Assembly: GCA_030141605.1 (NCBI GenBank)
Contig: JAQGDQ010000005.1
Coordinates: forward strand, 186,001 to 250,000
Direction: 5' to 3'
DNA length: 64,000 nucleotides
From: Tubiluchus corallicola
Taxonomy: Eukaryota; Animalia; Priapulida
In this document: positions 25,301-37,582 of the stretch, in pieces
Layout: each line of letters starts with the position of its first letter
How positions within the stretch are numbered: position 1 is the first letter of the stretch
Made by a program: the position numbers and the translations under genes
Notes under the pieces: generated by a model
Database searches by the model: none
Told to the model about the DNA's origin: nothing
What the model saw: the letters and a program-made list of their open reading frames with translations, nothing else

Positions 25301-25689
25301 ATTCAGATTTCCCAAAGATAAATCTATTGCTATTTTCATTTCACCTACAGTAGGAGTACAATACCTAGGAAACCTAAAATCTACAGTTAAGTGGTATCTA
25401 CGCAAGAAGAAAACAATTACTGACCGATGTAGATTACTGATGAAAGAATTGCATGATTTACTCTAGTTGCGAAATTGTACCATATGAGAGCATTTGCTAT
25501 AAAACAAGAAACCATGCATGACGCAGATAATTTAGGTATATGATTTTGTAACTATTTACTTACTGACAAGCCTGCCGACGCACTGCAACACTGCGCCATA
25601 GGCTTTTCTTTTCTCATTTCTTTGGTTCATCATTTTGTATTATTTTGAGTAATTTCTAGACTCGATTTGTACACAGAGATGGCGATACG

Positions 25690-26510
25690 TGTGAAGCGGC
25701 TTTGGAGGTCATGAGAATAGTTACAGAAAAAAAGAGAATAACATCTGGTATGCTGATGATACAATGTTGCTCGCGCGAAAACCAAGCGGAATTTCAGGTG
25801 GAGTAGTGCTGGTTATGGTTGTGGGCTGATTAGAGTATAGCACGGAAAACAATGGCAATGGTAGTGAGTAAAAGCAGAACTGTTACCATCAGGAAAAGAA
25901 AGGAAGAAAACAGTGAAAATAAATGTAGATGGCAAGAAGATTAAACAGGTAGGGCAGTTCTGCTATCTAGGGAGCGAGATAATGAACGATGGCAGATGTG
26001 ACAAGGAAGTAAAATGCAGAATTGGGAAAATCAGTTTACGAAATTAAGAAAGTTTCAGTCGTATCCAAATATTAGTGTCAACACGAGGAAAAGAATGATA
26101 GTGCATTATTCGTCATCTGCTTTGCCATAAAGGGTAGAGACGTGGACAATGAATACAGATACAAGTAGGCAACAAATGTGGTGTTATAGACGCATGTTGA
26201 CCATCAGTTAGAAAAAATCACGAATGAGAAAGTTTTAGAAATGGTAAAGAAGAAAGGACACTGGTGGATATTATCAGGAAGAGGAAAACATTGCATACTA
26301 ATGCAGAGATTGTTAGAAATAAAAATCAAGCGGAGAAGAGCTTGGGGAAGACAGCGGAGGACATGGCTGGATGTATATCAGTGATGGACCTAAGTTTAAA
26401 GAAAAGAATACCATCAATAGAATCAGCAGACAAAAAAACAAAGAAGTAAGGAATCACATTATCTCCAATTTCTATGCATGAAAGCGGAACACTCACTAAC
26501 TAACTTACTG
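25690..26510 (+). mobile_element. 5'-truncated, decayed RTE-clade LINE (reverse transcriptase C-terminal part)
   Basis: NNIWYADDTMLLA, KTMAMVVS, VDGKKIKQVGQFCYLGS.I..DGRCDKEVKCRIG, GVETWT, MWCYRRML, TNEKVL; ends in a short (ctaa)-like tail. Confidence 0.88.
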
Positions 26511-28023
26511 AGCCCGACTCTCCTACATGCCACCACTAATGCTCATATGGGCATCTGCCACACTTGTTACTTTTAATGTTCATGACTTAATATAACCTGT
26601 AATACGTCGTAACGCTCCCGTGTCTTTTTTCTCAGTTAGTCCATAAGTAAGCCTGGAGAATTATCGATATAGAATAATTTGCCGTTCTATACACTTTTTG
26701 AACAGTAACCTCCTTTTGTGAGCTGAGGTTCGCCAGACTCTCTTGGATACTCATTTAGCATACCCAGTGATTTGTGTTAAGCAGGAACCAGCTTTTAAAA
26801 GTAGCTGACCTTTCTTGATCTTTCACAAACTGAACCTTGATCTGACATGTAATATTCCAAATTCTAACTTCTGAGTGTGCCATTCGAGTTTGTTCGTTAG
26901 TCAGCAAAATAAGGCTTACTGCTAAACTGCTCCTGCTCACGCAAACTTTGTCTTTACACGCATATTTTTATTATGAAGTTCTGATGACCGTTGAGCTCCA
27001 TCGTGAGCTGAGATCACAATAGTTCCTGTTGCTGATTTTTTTTTCTTTGTTAGTCATCAGTGCACGAGCTGTGCAAAGCTTTATAGGAGTTTTACAAATT
27101 ACAAATTACAAAACCTACGAAATTACGTAAAATCTATTAGACACGTGTACCTACACACTTATCAACCAAACAAATCACTTAAGCGGTTTACAGACGTAAA
27201 ATTATATAACATTTGGCGTTGAACATCGTGAAATATCCTATAATAGGATATCCATGGTGCGCTATCTTGCTGCACTAATGTAAGCCACAGTAAAATATCA
27301 CGACTTTACTATCAAAAAAATAAACCTTTACACCTTCATATAACCACTTTACTTTGTTTAAATTATATAAAGGCACGTTGATTCTTGCTTAAGCAATTCA
27401 CTTTGCAAGTATTTCTTCTGATAACCTTCATTAATTTAATAATTTTTTGTGCAAAAATTATTATATTAAGATTTTGCTGGAGCAATAATTATTATTGAAA
27501 ATGCATCACAGCACACTGGTTTTACCCAAAGTAGGTGCTCAAATCACTCAACTAAACCTTGAGTTTTTTAGAGCACCCATTTGCAACCTTGTTACAAGAT
27601 GGTGTCTGACTTTTAAAAAAATAACATTATGAATTCAATTCACTATTTTATAAGCAGTTTTGTTACATAAGCAAATTGTTAAATACTTCATTTTATAGAC
27701 GGTTGCAATAAATTTATGTGCCATGGTTTACATATTTGGGCTAATGCATGGGATTTTCTATCTTTCTTTTACATTTAAACATTACTGGCTTTACTGTAAA
27801 GCAAACATACATCTAAACAATGCAATTGAGCAAGAAGTGAAGAAAACACATGGAATAGTCAACATTAAGGAACTATGATTTATTTAAATTATAAGTAATT
27901 TCCAAAATAAATAATATGTCTCTTATTATCTTTATACAACTTTGCCTTCTGCATCACAACCATAAAGAATACTTTAAATTAGACTTACTGAATTAATTAC
28001 ATTATTTTCAAAGTTCTTAAATA

Positions 28024-28049
28024 TAATAATAATGATAATGACAATGATG

Positions 28050-28083
<34 letters not shown>

Positions 28084-28090
28084 TGATAAC
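28024..28090. repeat. (TAA/TGA)n microsatellite
   Basis: Direct reading. Confidence 0.85.
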
Positions 28091-28890
28091 TACTCCACAA
28101 TAATTGCGTAGGCAGGAAAACTAAAGTGAGTACCTGGAAATCTATAATTGATAATTCCAATCACGAATAAGCCAATCGTCTTGTGAAAGGAGAAATTTAT
28201 TCAATATCTTTTAATTGAGATAGACAGACACAGCTGTAATAATTTGTTTAACTTTCACCAATTGGTTTGTAAAACATAATCAATATGCACACATCAGCTA
28301 AACAAATTTCAGCCGATAAAAATAAATAACTATAATACAAACATTGAAATGAATAAAACGTTAACTGAGAAAGTTACTTCTTACAGTCATATCAATTCTG
28401 ACATGTCAAAAAACTTTGTCATGTACAAAGTAAGTGACAAATAACAATAAGCTTCCCGTTTTCGAAACTTTTGCTGGACAAATGTTATTATATATTAAAT
28501 GTATAGTGCATTTATAAGATCCTTATAGTTTTTAGTGCTTATGGATTATCGCAGTAAAACTAACTTAGTTTTTTTAATGTAGTTTTTACGACACAACAAT
28601 GTGCACTGCATACAAATTTTTATTGTTCAGCAATGAAGTATTGCCAAAATGCCAAATTGCGTAGTATATGTACATGTATAGCATCCCTAACATTGTCTAT
28701 ACACAAGTCGGAAGACGTGTTCAAGGAAGGGTCACAACCTTGTCTTAACAAATTTGTTTGACTTAACGATTAAAACGGCAACCTTTCAGCAAAAGTTTAA
28801 CAATTATCATGAAAGTTTTTTTGAGTATATGTTTATACGCTTTAATTAGCTTTTGATGAAACGGTGACAGCACAACATTATCCTCAAATA

Positions 28891-29892
28891 CCGTAAAACG
28901 GGGTGAGTTCGCCACCCGAGGGTGAGTTCGCCACCCCCTACGTAATGGCCATTGAAGTGTTTGCTGTAACTATTGTTCAGTGTTTAATGAACAGATATCA
29001 TGATCACCGTCATTATAAACAGTTTGCGACAGTTATCTTCTTTCAATTCGCACTAGAAGTATTCCATTCTGCACTACATATTATTTGTCTACTATTTCTT
29101 GCTACTTAATATGCCAAGCACCTGCACCCCTGTACCGGGTCATAGATACCAAAATTATACCCCAGAAGCTCTGGAAGCTGCCCTACATGCCGTCAAGAAT
29201 ACCAACAGGACAGTCAGCGCAGCGGCGAGGCAATTCGGAGTTCCAAGAAAGTCCCTTTCTGACAAACTCTCACGAAGTCATCCGTGGAAGACCGGAGGTC
29301 AGCCAGTGTTCTCCGCCGCCGAGGAGCACGAAATCGCCAACACTCCAAGTGGCCGCTGAGTGGGGGTTCCCAATGACTGCCATCGATCTCCGACTACTGA
29401 TTAAGAGTGTTCTCGACGTGAAGGGAATCCAGGAACGACGATTCAAGGCAAACACCCCTGGAATAGACTTTGTCAAATCATTCGCACGAAGGAACAATCT
29501 GGTTTTCAGAGTGGCTGGCAACGTCAAGGACGCCCGCGCGAAGATCAGTGCACAAGACGTTCAAGCCTTCCTTGCCAACGTAGGGCCCCTTATTGAAAAC
29601 GTCCCACCATCGAACATTTTCAATAATTCGGCTAAAACTAGACATTTTTCATAATTTTTTCATAGGGTGGCGAACTCACCCCCAACCAGCCAATCACAAC
29701 CAGTTAACTTCAGCTGCCTAGAATGGCATTAAACAGTGTTAAATTGTTAGTGGCGAATTCACCCCACGATAGTGTTTCATTCGAAAGGCAATATAAAGCT
29801 TGAACTAAGAAAATCGGTTGGGTAATTCTCTTGCTATGGCAGGAAACGTAAAAAATACCCCTAAAAAGTGGCGAACTCACCCCGTTTTACGG
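28891..29892 (+). mobile_element. pogo-like (Tc1/mariner superfamily) DNA transposon, internally deleted, 1002 bp
   Basis: Perfect 25-bp TIRs ccgtaaaacggggtgagttcgccac (28891-28915, 29868-29892), TA TSDs (28889-28890, 29893-29894), subterminal copies of the TIR core, internal transposase remnant. Confidence 0.93.
29111..29654 (+). pseudogene. Truncated, frameshifted pogo-like transposase (HTH_psq + CENP-B-type HTH, no DDE domain)
   Basis: YTPEALEAALHAVK...VSAAARQFGVPRKSLSDKL, frameshift near 29340, then AEWGFPMT..DLR...PGIDFVKSF.RR...VPPSNIFN; breaks just before the expected N.DET catalytic motif. Confidence 0.88.
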
Positions 29893-31704
29893 TATGCAGA
29901 ATCGAAACTATTGAACCTCTCAAATGTAAAACTCAGAATTTGGGGAAATTATTTTTAAAGTTTTTCGTCAAATGAAAAAAAAGTTGCGACACTAATGAAA
30001 AGTTTGTTCTGTGAAGTTTGATATTCTATTTGTTAGTTTTCCTTATATTTATATCCCTGTACAGGCTCGGGGCGATTGTCTACTTCGAGACCGCCTAATT
30101 ATACACTAATATTTACAAACAAGCACCACGTTTAGCAAAAAATTTGATAGAAATCGATTATACTGTCAAGAAAAAGCTACCTGCTAAAATCTACTCGTCA
30201 AAACCATGCAATAATATTCTGTAGCGGGAGTTGTAAGACGGCATAGAATCAACTTTTAGGGTAGGATAGCTAGAGTGGTACAGTTATTAATTACAATAAT
30301 ATACGTTGAGAGCAATAGATGACATTTGATTTTTTCCATGTTTGTTCCAACGTTTGTTTTGTAGAATAAGCTTGTAAGCCTTCCAGAAATAGTCAAATTT
30401 TTGATTCATTATTCACTATTCAACATAAGCGCAACACAACCATCCAAAACAAAACAATTTTAAAACATGTGCATGAGAAATTAGTCCTCACGCGCTTGTC
30501 CACGAAACGAAATTATACTACCGTTTCGGCACTATCGGAAAAAGTAGCGTAAATGGTAATGAAACTGTGTGACAAGTGTTCTAACAGTAAAGAAATAAGA
30601 ATAACAGAACAAAGCGTAGCGTATAGCGGAGCAAGTAGTAGCAATAACATCATGAATAATACAAGAATTTAATTATTAGACGAAAATAACTTCTTAAAAA
30701 CACTGAACAGCTACATATGAATGCAGTGTAGGACTACGTGCCGATGCACGCTGAGAACGTTTTGGAAAACAGTAAAACTTGACTGCACTCCGCAACGTCT
30801 GGAATGAATTGCAGGCACGTGTATCCTTATTGCACCCATGGTCCTACAACCTGTGTGCTTTTAAGAACTGAATTTCGTTACAAATCGTATCTATGACGTC
30901 ATTGTTCACTTCTGGATTGGACAACGAATAGCATCATGGATGTATGTGCTTGCTGGAAATGTTTTGCTTGTTAAGATTAATAACATATTCTTGTAGGCCT
31001 ACATAAACAACATTTTTCAAAACTATTAATCCATTCAAAAGACGTCATGTTCTAACGAAGGCAATGACACTATAGAATGGTTTTCAAATTCCTGTATAAC
31101 TGCATTAAAAATACCAATTTGAAACTTGCTGCTTTGACAACAAAGAGTTAATCAACTGGTGTCACCTTGAAAGTTCTCTTTGCAAGAAATGCAGAAGAAA
31201 AACAAGCACTTCACATGCGCTTGTGCTCACATTCTAGTAAGTGCCATATACATTATTTTCTTTTGTCTAATCGTTAATCACAAAAACTTGCAAACCAGTC
31301 CAGGTATGCCTAAGTAAGTTTCTGTATTTCGATAGAAACAGATACGTTTCTGAACGCATCCCACTTCATGAAGCTAAATCACTGAAGAACAGCCTTTACA
31401 GCCAAGGTGCCACATTCCATCCACTTTCACGTGACTCATATTTCATCACTTCGTGATGAAACTCTTCCAACAATTTTCTGTGGACATTTATACCATCAAA
31501 ACACAACTTCTGCTATTTTTATAGCAAAGTACTTGTGTCTCTTAATATTATAAGGAGGTATCTAGTCTAAAATAATCTTTCATGAGCGCGTAGTCGTACG
31601 CATGCTCAAACGTCATGTAGGCCTAATACGAACAACCACTGGCTGTTCCTGTACAGTTCCTGGTGTAAATTAAAGAGGAAAAAGTGGAGTATACAGATCA
31701 CCAT

Positions 31705-31869
31705 CTAGAAGTTTTCCATTGGTCCGAGTTCATTAATGGGCCACATACATTCACAACCATAGCGTATCTCTTTCTGTACTGGTTCCCAGCATTCTGTGTT
31801 TGATCGTCTTCTACTCAGATGCAAGATGGCGTGCTGTTGCACACAGTGAAGTGCTCCGAAGGCACATCT
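31705..31869 (-). CDS. Secreted cystine-knot precursor, terminal coding exon (RCAFGALHCVQQHAILHLSRRRSNTECWEPVQKEIRYGCECMWPINELGPMENF*)
   Basis: Acceptor ttttccag, phase 0, TAG at 31705-31707; C..C.Q...RRR..ECWEP...GCECMWP pattern completes the knot begun in exon 56500-56868; too short for the ORF track. Confidence 0.82.
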   Translation of the reverse strand, partial: RCAFGALHCVQQHAILHLSRRRSNTECWEPVQKEIRYGCECMWPINELGPMENF

Positions 31870-34800
31870 CTGGAAAATAAAAACAGCCCAATGTCATCAT
31901 TATAATAATTTACTGTCCTGCGTTAAACACTCATTTGTAATTAAGTACTGACGCTTTTCAAACTGAGGCCTATAATGTTATTAGTTACACAATATAATTA
32001 CGTCTTACACTGTGATAAAATTGTAGCAAAACCAACAGTAGTACCTGCAACGGCCACTAGCAGCAGCAGGTGCAAAAACAGAAGCAGAAGTTGCAGTAGT
32101 AATAGTAGCAATGGCAATAACAGCAAAACAGAAACTGAAAAGTAGCAATTAACAGGAGGAGAAGGAGCAGCAGTTGCAACAAAATCGGCAGAAATTGGCA
32201 GCATCAGATGCAGGAGCAGGCGCATTTTGCATTAATAACAGAAACAGGATACAGTGTAGTAGCAGCAGCAGCAACAGCAAAAAGGGGGTAGAAGCAAAGC
32301 AGCTGTTAGAAATTGAAAAAGCGACCGACAGCTTATGTATCGGCGACATTGTGATCATTACGAGTTTCATTACAGGTATCCACTTCGCAAGAGAACAGAT
32401 CAGCCAATTAGCGCCAGTCAGAACTTCTCGCCAATTAATACGTATACACACAAAGCCCAACTTTACTTCTAACCCTGACCCGAGCATTTTTCGATAAAGC
32501 TGAACGATATATATATCGCAAAGAACTTAAAGCCACCTAATTTGCTCCAGAAGGAAGTTCCATGCTGTTTCTTTCAATACTACAGTCCAGCCTCTTGATC
32601 TGATCGTGAAGTCATTAATTGTCGTCACTCAAATTAGCAAACATGCAAACGACAAAGTGCCTGCTATACCTGCTTAGTTAGAAAAATATAAATAAATTAT
32701 CCTGATTTTAGAAACGAATTATATTCACCTTCATCCTTGCTGCGATGCATACGTACTTAAACACATATAGCAAAGGCTGGAATTGGAGGATTAGATGAAG
32801 GTTTTGCGTTGGTGGAAATTCCATGGATTCTCTACGTATTAGCAGGGTGGCATGACTGGAATTGTTTTCGTTGTTGCGGCTTATTCCTTGATACTTGCTT
32901 ATTTGTTTTCATGCGGTTTGAGTACACTACCTAACATACCAGAAGAGGATAGCTAATGCCGCTAGTTACTTCCTGTTTTATATTATGTTACACTCACTGG
33001 CTTCTCTTTGTGACTCTTGAAGTCATGGGTGTCCGATGTATCAACACAATCTAAATCCCGAAGCTCGCACAACTTCTGCTGACATTTTGTTTGCAAAATT
33101 TATTAAAATGTACAGCGAACTACTTACAAAAGCAACTGAAACTCAGCTAAAAAGGACTGTTCCTGCGTTATCTCAAGAATTCTTAAGAAACAGTTTTCTG
33201 CTATTCCTTGCTTCAAATGAACAAGTGAACGAAATATATTTATTTTTCGCCCGCAAACACCGTATAAGTAATCTGTTCAGCATAAGATGTTCGTATTTAC
33301 TTAAAGTTTATTAAAGTTTATTAAAGCTCTTGTAACCCAAAGGCTAAATTACATTGCATTAATTAAGATACACTGAGGTTTAAAATTGCAATTAAATTAC
33401 ATTACATTAAAATGACTTTACCTAACATTAATTAAAATAGACTGAAGTTTAAATTACATTTAAAAGACAATAATTTACGTTAAGGTTAGTCTTATAAAAA
33501 TCCATTATGATAATGTTTCGTGTCACAGTGTATATAGTAATGAACCTTCTGATAATTAAAAAGTGCATATGGTATAAAAATACTTTTAAAAGAGGTAAAC
33601 GGTACGTCAGTTGTTTATGTAGACCGTGCTTATGGAGGTTGTATTTAGGTAATAAATAATGGAGTCTACTGTCTTGATTTTGGATTGACTTGAATTTTTT
33701 TTGTAAATGTCATTTCTACGTTCAAATAATTATTAGAAAACAATTAAAAATTCACACGCAGCGTTGTCACATTACGCTTGGTTTTGTTATTGATCTTATC
33801 CGCAAAATTCGCTTAAACTCAGTTGTGAAGCGGTTGTAGTTAACATTGTCTCTATTAATTAAACTCAAACATCCAAAATTGTGATGAACAAATTGTGATT
33901 TGCAAAAACAAATTACAAAAAATGAAATGTAATCAGTTTTTGTTTGCGAAAACATTCATTTTGACACTTTTGCTATTTAAAAATAATATGAAAGTGTGTG
34001 CTGCAAAGTCTCGAACTCTGCGTCCATTGCAACAACCCTCGCAGCCTTCAAGGAATCATGGAAACAGCGCCGTGGGTTTAGCCCTCTTTATTCTTCAAAA
34101 AGAGTAGACATATCGACTGTTTGCTCCATTGGGCACATAAATTTCAATCAGCGTAACTTATTCTGCTCCATAGCCTTTCAGTCACAAAACTATAAATGGA
34201 TCCGTCACCATCAATTTGAAGAAACGGGAAATGTTTGGCATAGAATTTGTGATGCGAATAATAATGTAGTTTCTTCATGTATGTAACTAAAGTGGCAAAA
34301 CTCGACGAGCTAAATGTTAAAGTAAAGTTAGAAGTTTACCTGTCCGTTAAAACGCACTTTTTAAGAAATGGCTCGGTTATTCATGCATGTTCAAACTGCA
34401 GGACCATAGCCTTAATTTCAGTAAAGAACTCGTCTCTTGACACGATGCAATCTCGTGAATCACGAAAAAGCTACATATCTTCCTAGATCGAACAGCATGT
34501 CGAGTATTCTGAGGGTTTTTGCATAAACAATAGATTCCCAAAACGAATATGGCTATTACATCCTTAAAGTACCCGAAAGGAAGCCAGCTAATATATTTCC
34601 AAAAAAGATTGCACAAAAAGGATAATTCCAGAGACACAAAAATAAGGGCAAAACAGTAGCCGAGCTGTAAATATATTATTGATTTAAAACCTTACATACG
34701 ATAAGTTGCACAATGACATTATCTGACGTTCCACGCAATGTCACGTTTTGTTATTCTTTGCCCAGCAAGTAGCTTCTTTTCTTAGTCTGTCTAGGGACCA

Positions 34801-34879
34801 AACAACAGCTGTTAATTCAGTACCCTCTCACAAGGCTCCATTTCTATAAAGAAGATTTGAAATTAATAGCATCCCATTT

Positions 34880-35367
34880 AGCAGAAAGAGTTCTCCGGTC
34901 TTTAGAGTGCTCGAATCTATTTAAACCGAAAAAGTAGTCCGGTCCTAACATCCGTATTCTCTTCTTTTTCTTCATATCCACTCCTATCTGCAACTAACAG
35001 CGTAAGTTCTTCTGCTCCTAAAGCAAGATTTGATTGAAGTTGTTATACATCTTTATTTATCTTAGCTATCCAAGTTGTTTTTGGTTTACCAGGTGGTTTT
35101 TTGCAAGGTTGTAAGTCTTCCTTTAAAGCGATTCCTACTGGTATTTCACGCGGGGTAGTCTGAGAAGGTGTCCTAACCTTAATCGTCGGAATTTCACTTA
35201 AACAGAAAAAGAGTCCTGTCCTTAGAGTGCTTGCATCCACATTAAATAGAAAACGAGTTCAGTTCTTAGATTGCTTGCGTCCACATTAAATAAAAAAGGT
35301 AGTTCGGTCTCAGCGGTCTGCAGCTACAATGAAAAGAAAAAAGTCTGATCCTCAGAGTGCTTGCATG
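34880..35367. repeat. Degenerate minisatellite, ~43-44-bp unit (aaaaagagtccggtccttagagtgcttgcatccacattaaa), interrupted by the RTE fragment
   Basis: About 4 units at 35200-35367 and about 1.5 units at 34880-34948. Confidence 0.7.
34950..35169 (-). mobile_element. 3' fragment of an RTE-like LINE
   Basis: IALKEDLQPCKKPPGKPKTTWIAKINKDV...LVADR matches the RTE C-terminal GRP..TW / A.DR..W motif; candidate 8-bp TSD gtcctaac at 34942-34949 and 35170-35177. Confidence 0.6.
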
Positions 35368-35784
35368 GTACGTGTCGCGCTACAATTTTGTCAGCTCCGC
35401 GGAAATTTCATTTCTGATGCCGTCAAATTAGTTTTATTGGATGCCGCCCCCACCAGAAACCGCTCAGAGAAATAAATAGCTGATTGCAAATTTGCAAGGC
35501 GAGAAGCCAAGTCAAACATTTACATGCACGCCAGCCACTGTATTTAGCTCATTTTCTATGCAATTTTAACTTTGCTGCATGTTGAAAAATCTAGCTCAAT
35601 AAGTATGATGCAATGTAGAGTATGGGAGGGTGTAATTTTGCATTTAACTAATATTGTGTGCCTAATAAACAGACAGACAGGCTCACAAACAGAGTAGGGC
35701 AGGCAGGCATGTATGCAGATAAATAGATAGAGAGACAAATAGACAGACAAATGGACAGACATATACCGCCTAATTGGCAGCTTG

Positions 35785-35884
35785 CTGACTGATTGACTGA
35801 CTGACTGACCCACCGACTGAGGCTAACCCCGACGATTGACTGACTGACTGACTGACTGACTGACTGACTGACTGACTGACTGAC
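35785..35884. repeat. (TGAC)n tetranucleotide repeat
   Basis: Direct reading. Confidence 0.9.
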
Positions 35885-37004
35885 AAAATATGGTCAGCTA
35901 GCCAAATAATGCGCACACATGGAAACAAATAAACAATCAATCAATCAACAAGCAAAAATCATACTTTCCCAACCGAGCTTTAATTGTTCTTCTGGTCCGG
36001 GAAGTTCTTAGCTACTAAGTTAATGTGACAATGTTCTTCTTAAAGGGACATTGTTGTTACAACAATGATCTTAGCAAATCATGTCGAGTCAATGTAATCA
36101 ATCAATTAATCGGTATATCTTGTAATATCATTTTTCGAAATTCACCTTATAGCGACACACTTACTAGGCAGAAAGTCCAAGATGTGTCCCAACATTTTGA
36201 ATCCGCATCTAGTAAGAAGCTAGCTCACAGTAGGTCGATCCCGTCTTAGACATTCAGTGACTTCCGTGAGAGGCGGTCAAGTTATCAAGGTCTATCTTTG
36301 GCTCGTCCTTATTTGTGGTGTAAGGGGTGCCTGGTCAAAATTAGCTGAAAGAATGGGTTTGGATATTTTGATCAGCAGCAGCGCCTGTCATACCTAACCA
36401 AACATTTTTGACTAAGGATAAGTATCATAATTATAAAGGGTGGGTATCGCGAACAGGAAATGTGTTCACATAACCACTCTGCAGTATAAAAACTTTTAAA
36501 TGTGTAAACCGGTTTCAGAAGAATCAGAGTATGTCTTGGTCTCACTTTGCCTAATTAAAAACTAAAATTCCATTTGAAACCGTCAAGTACGTAAAACACA
36601 TACAACATTAATTGGAGTCGTATTCTAGTTGTTCTTAATTCATTTCGTTTCGTAAAATTTGAATTCCCTTGCTACGTGTAGTAGAAGTTTCTTTGAACTA
36701 AAGCTCAGCAAATTCATGTAATTTATCACCAAATGCAGTTGATCCCGCTTTGACATTTTCAGGCGCTAAGGCCAGCATTTTGACACGCCACATCTTCAAC
36801 CCAAATAAGCACTTCCGCAACATCCTGTTGATCAAAAATTCCCCAGATCGCAAATGCCAGTCCAATTAACTCTACAGGTGTTTCTTAACTATCTACAGCA
36901 CTGCGATCAACGACGAAGGTTTATACGCTGTCAGCAGCCCTGCGTAGAACAGCATATGCTTTTTTACACAAGCCTATACTAATTATATTAATGCTTGCAT
37001 TATA

Positions 37005-37582
<578 letters not shown>

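Noticed and set aside
36250-36480. Possible Penelope-like fragment on the minus strand
   Set aside because: Only vague motif resemblance across several frameshifts
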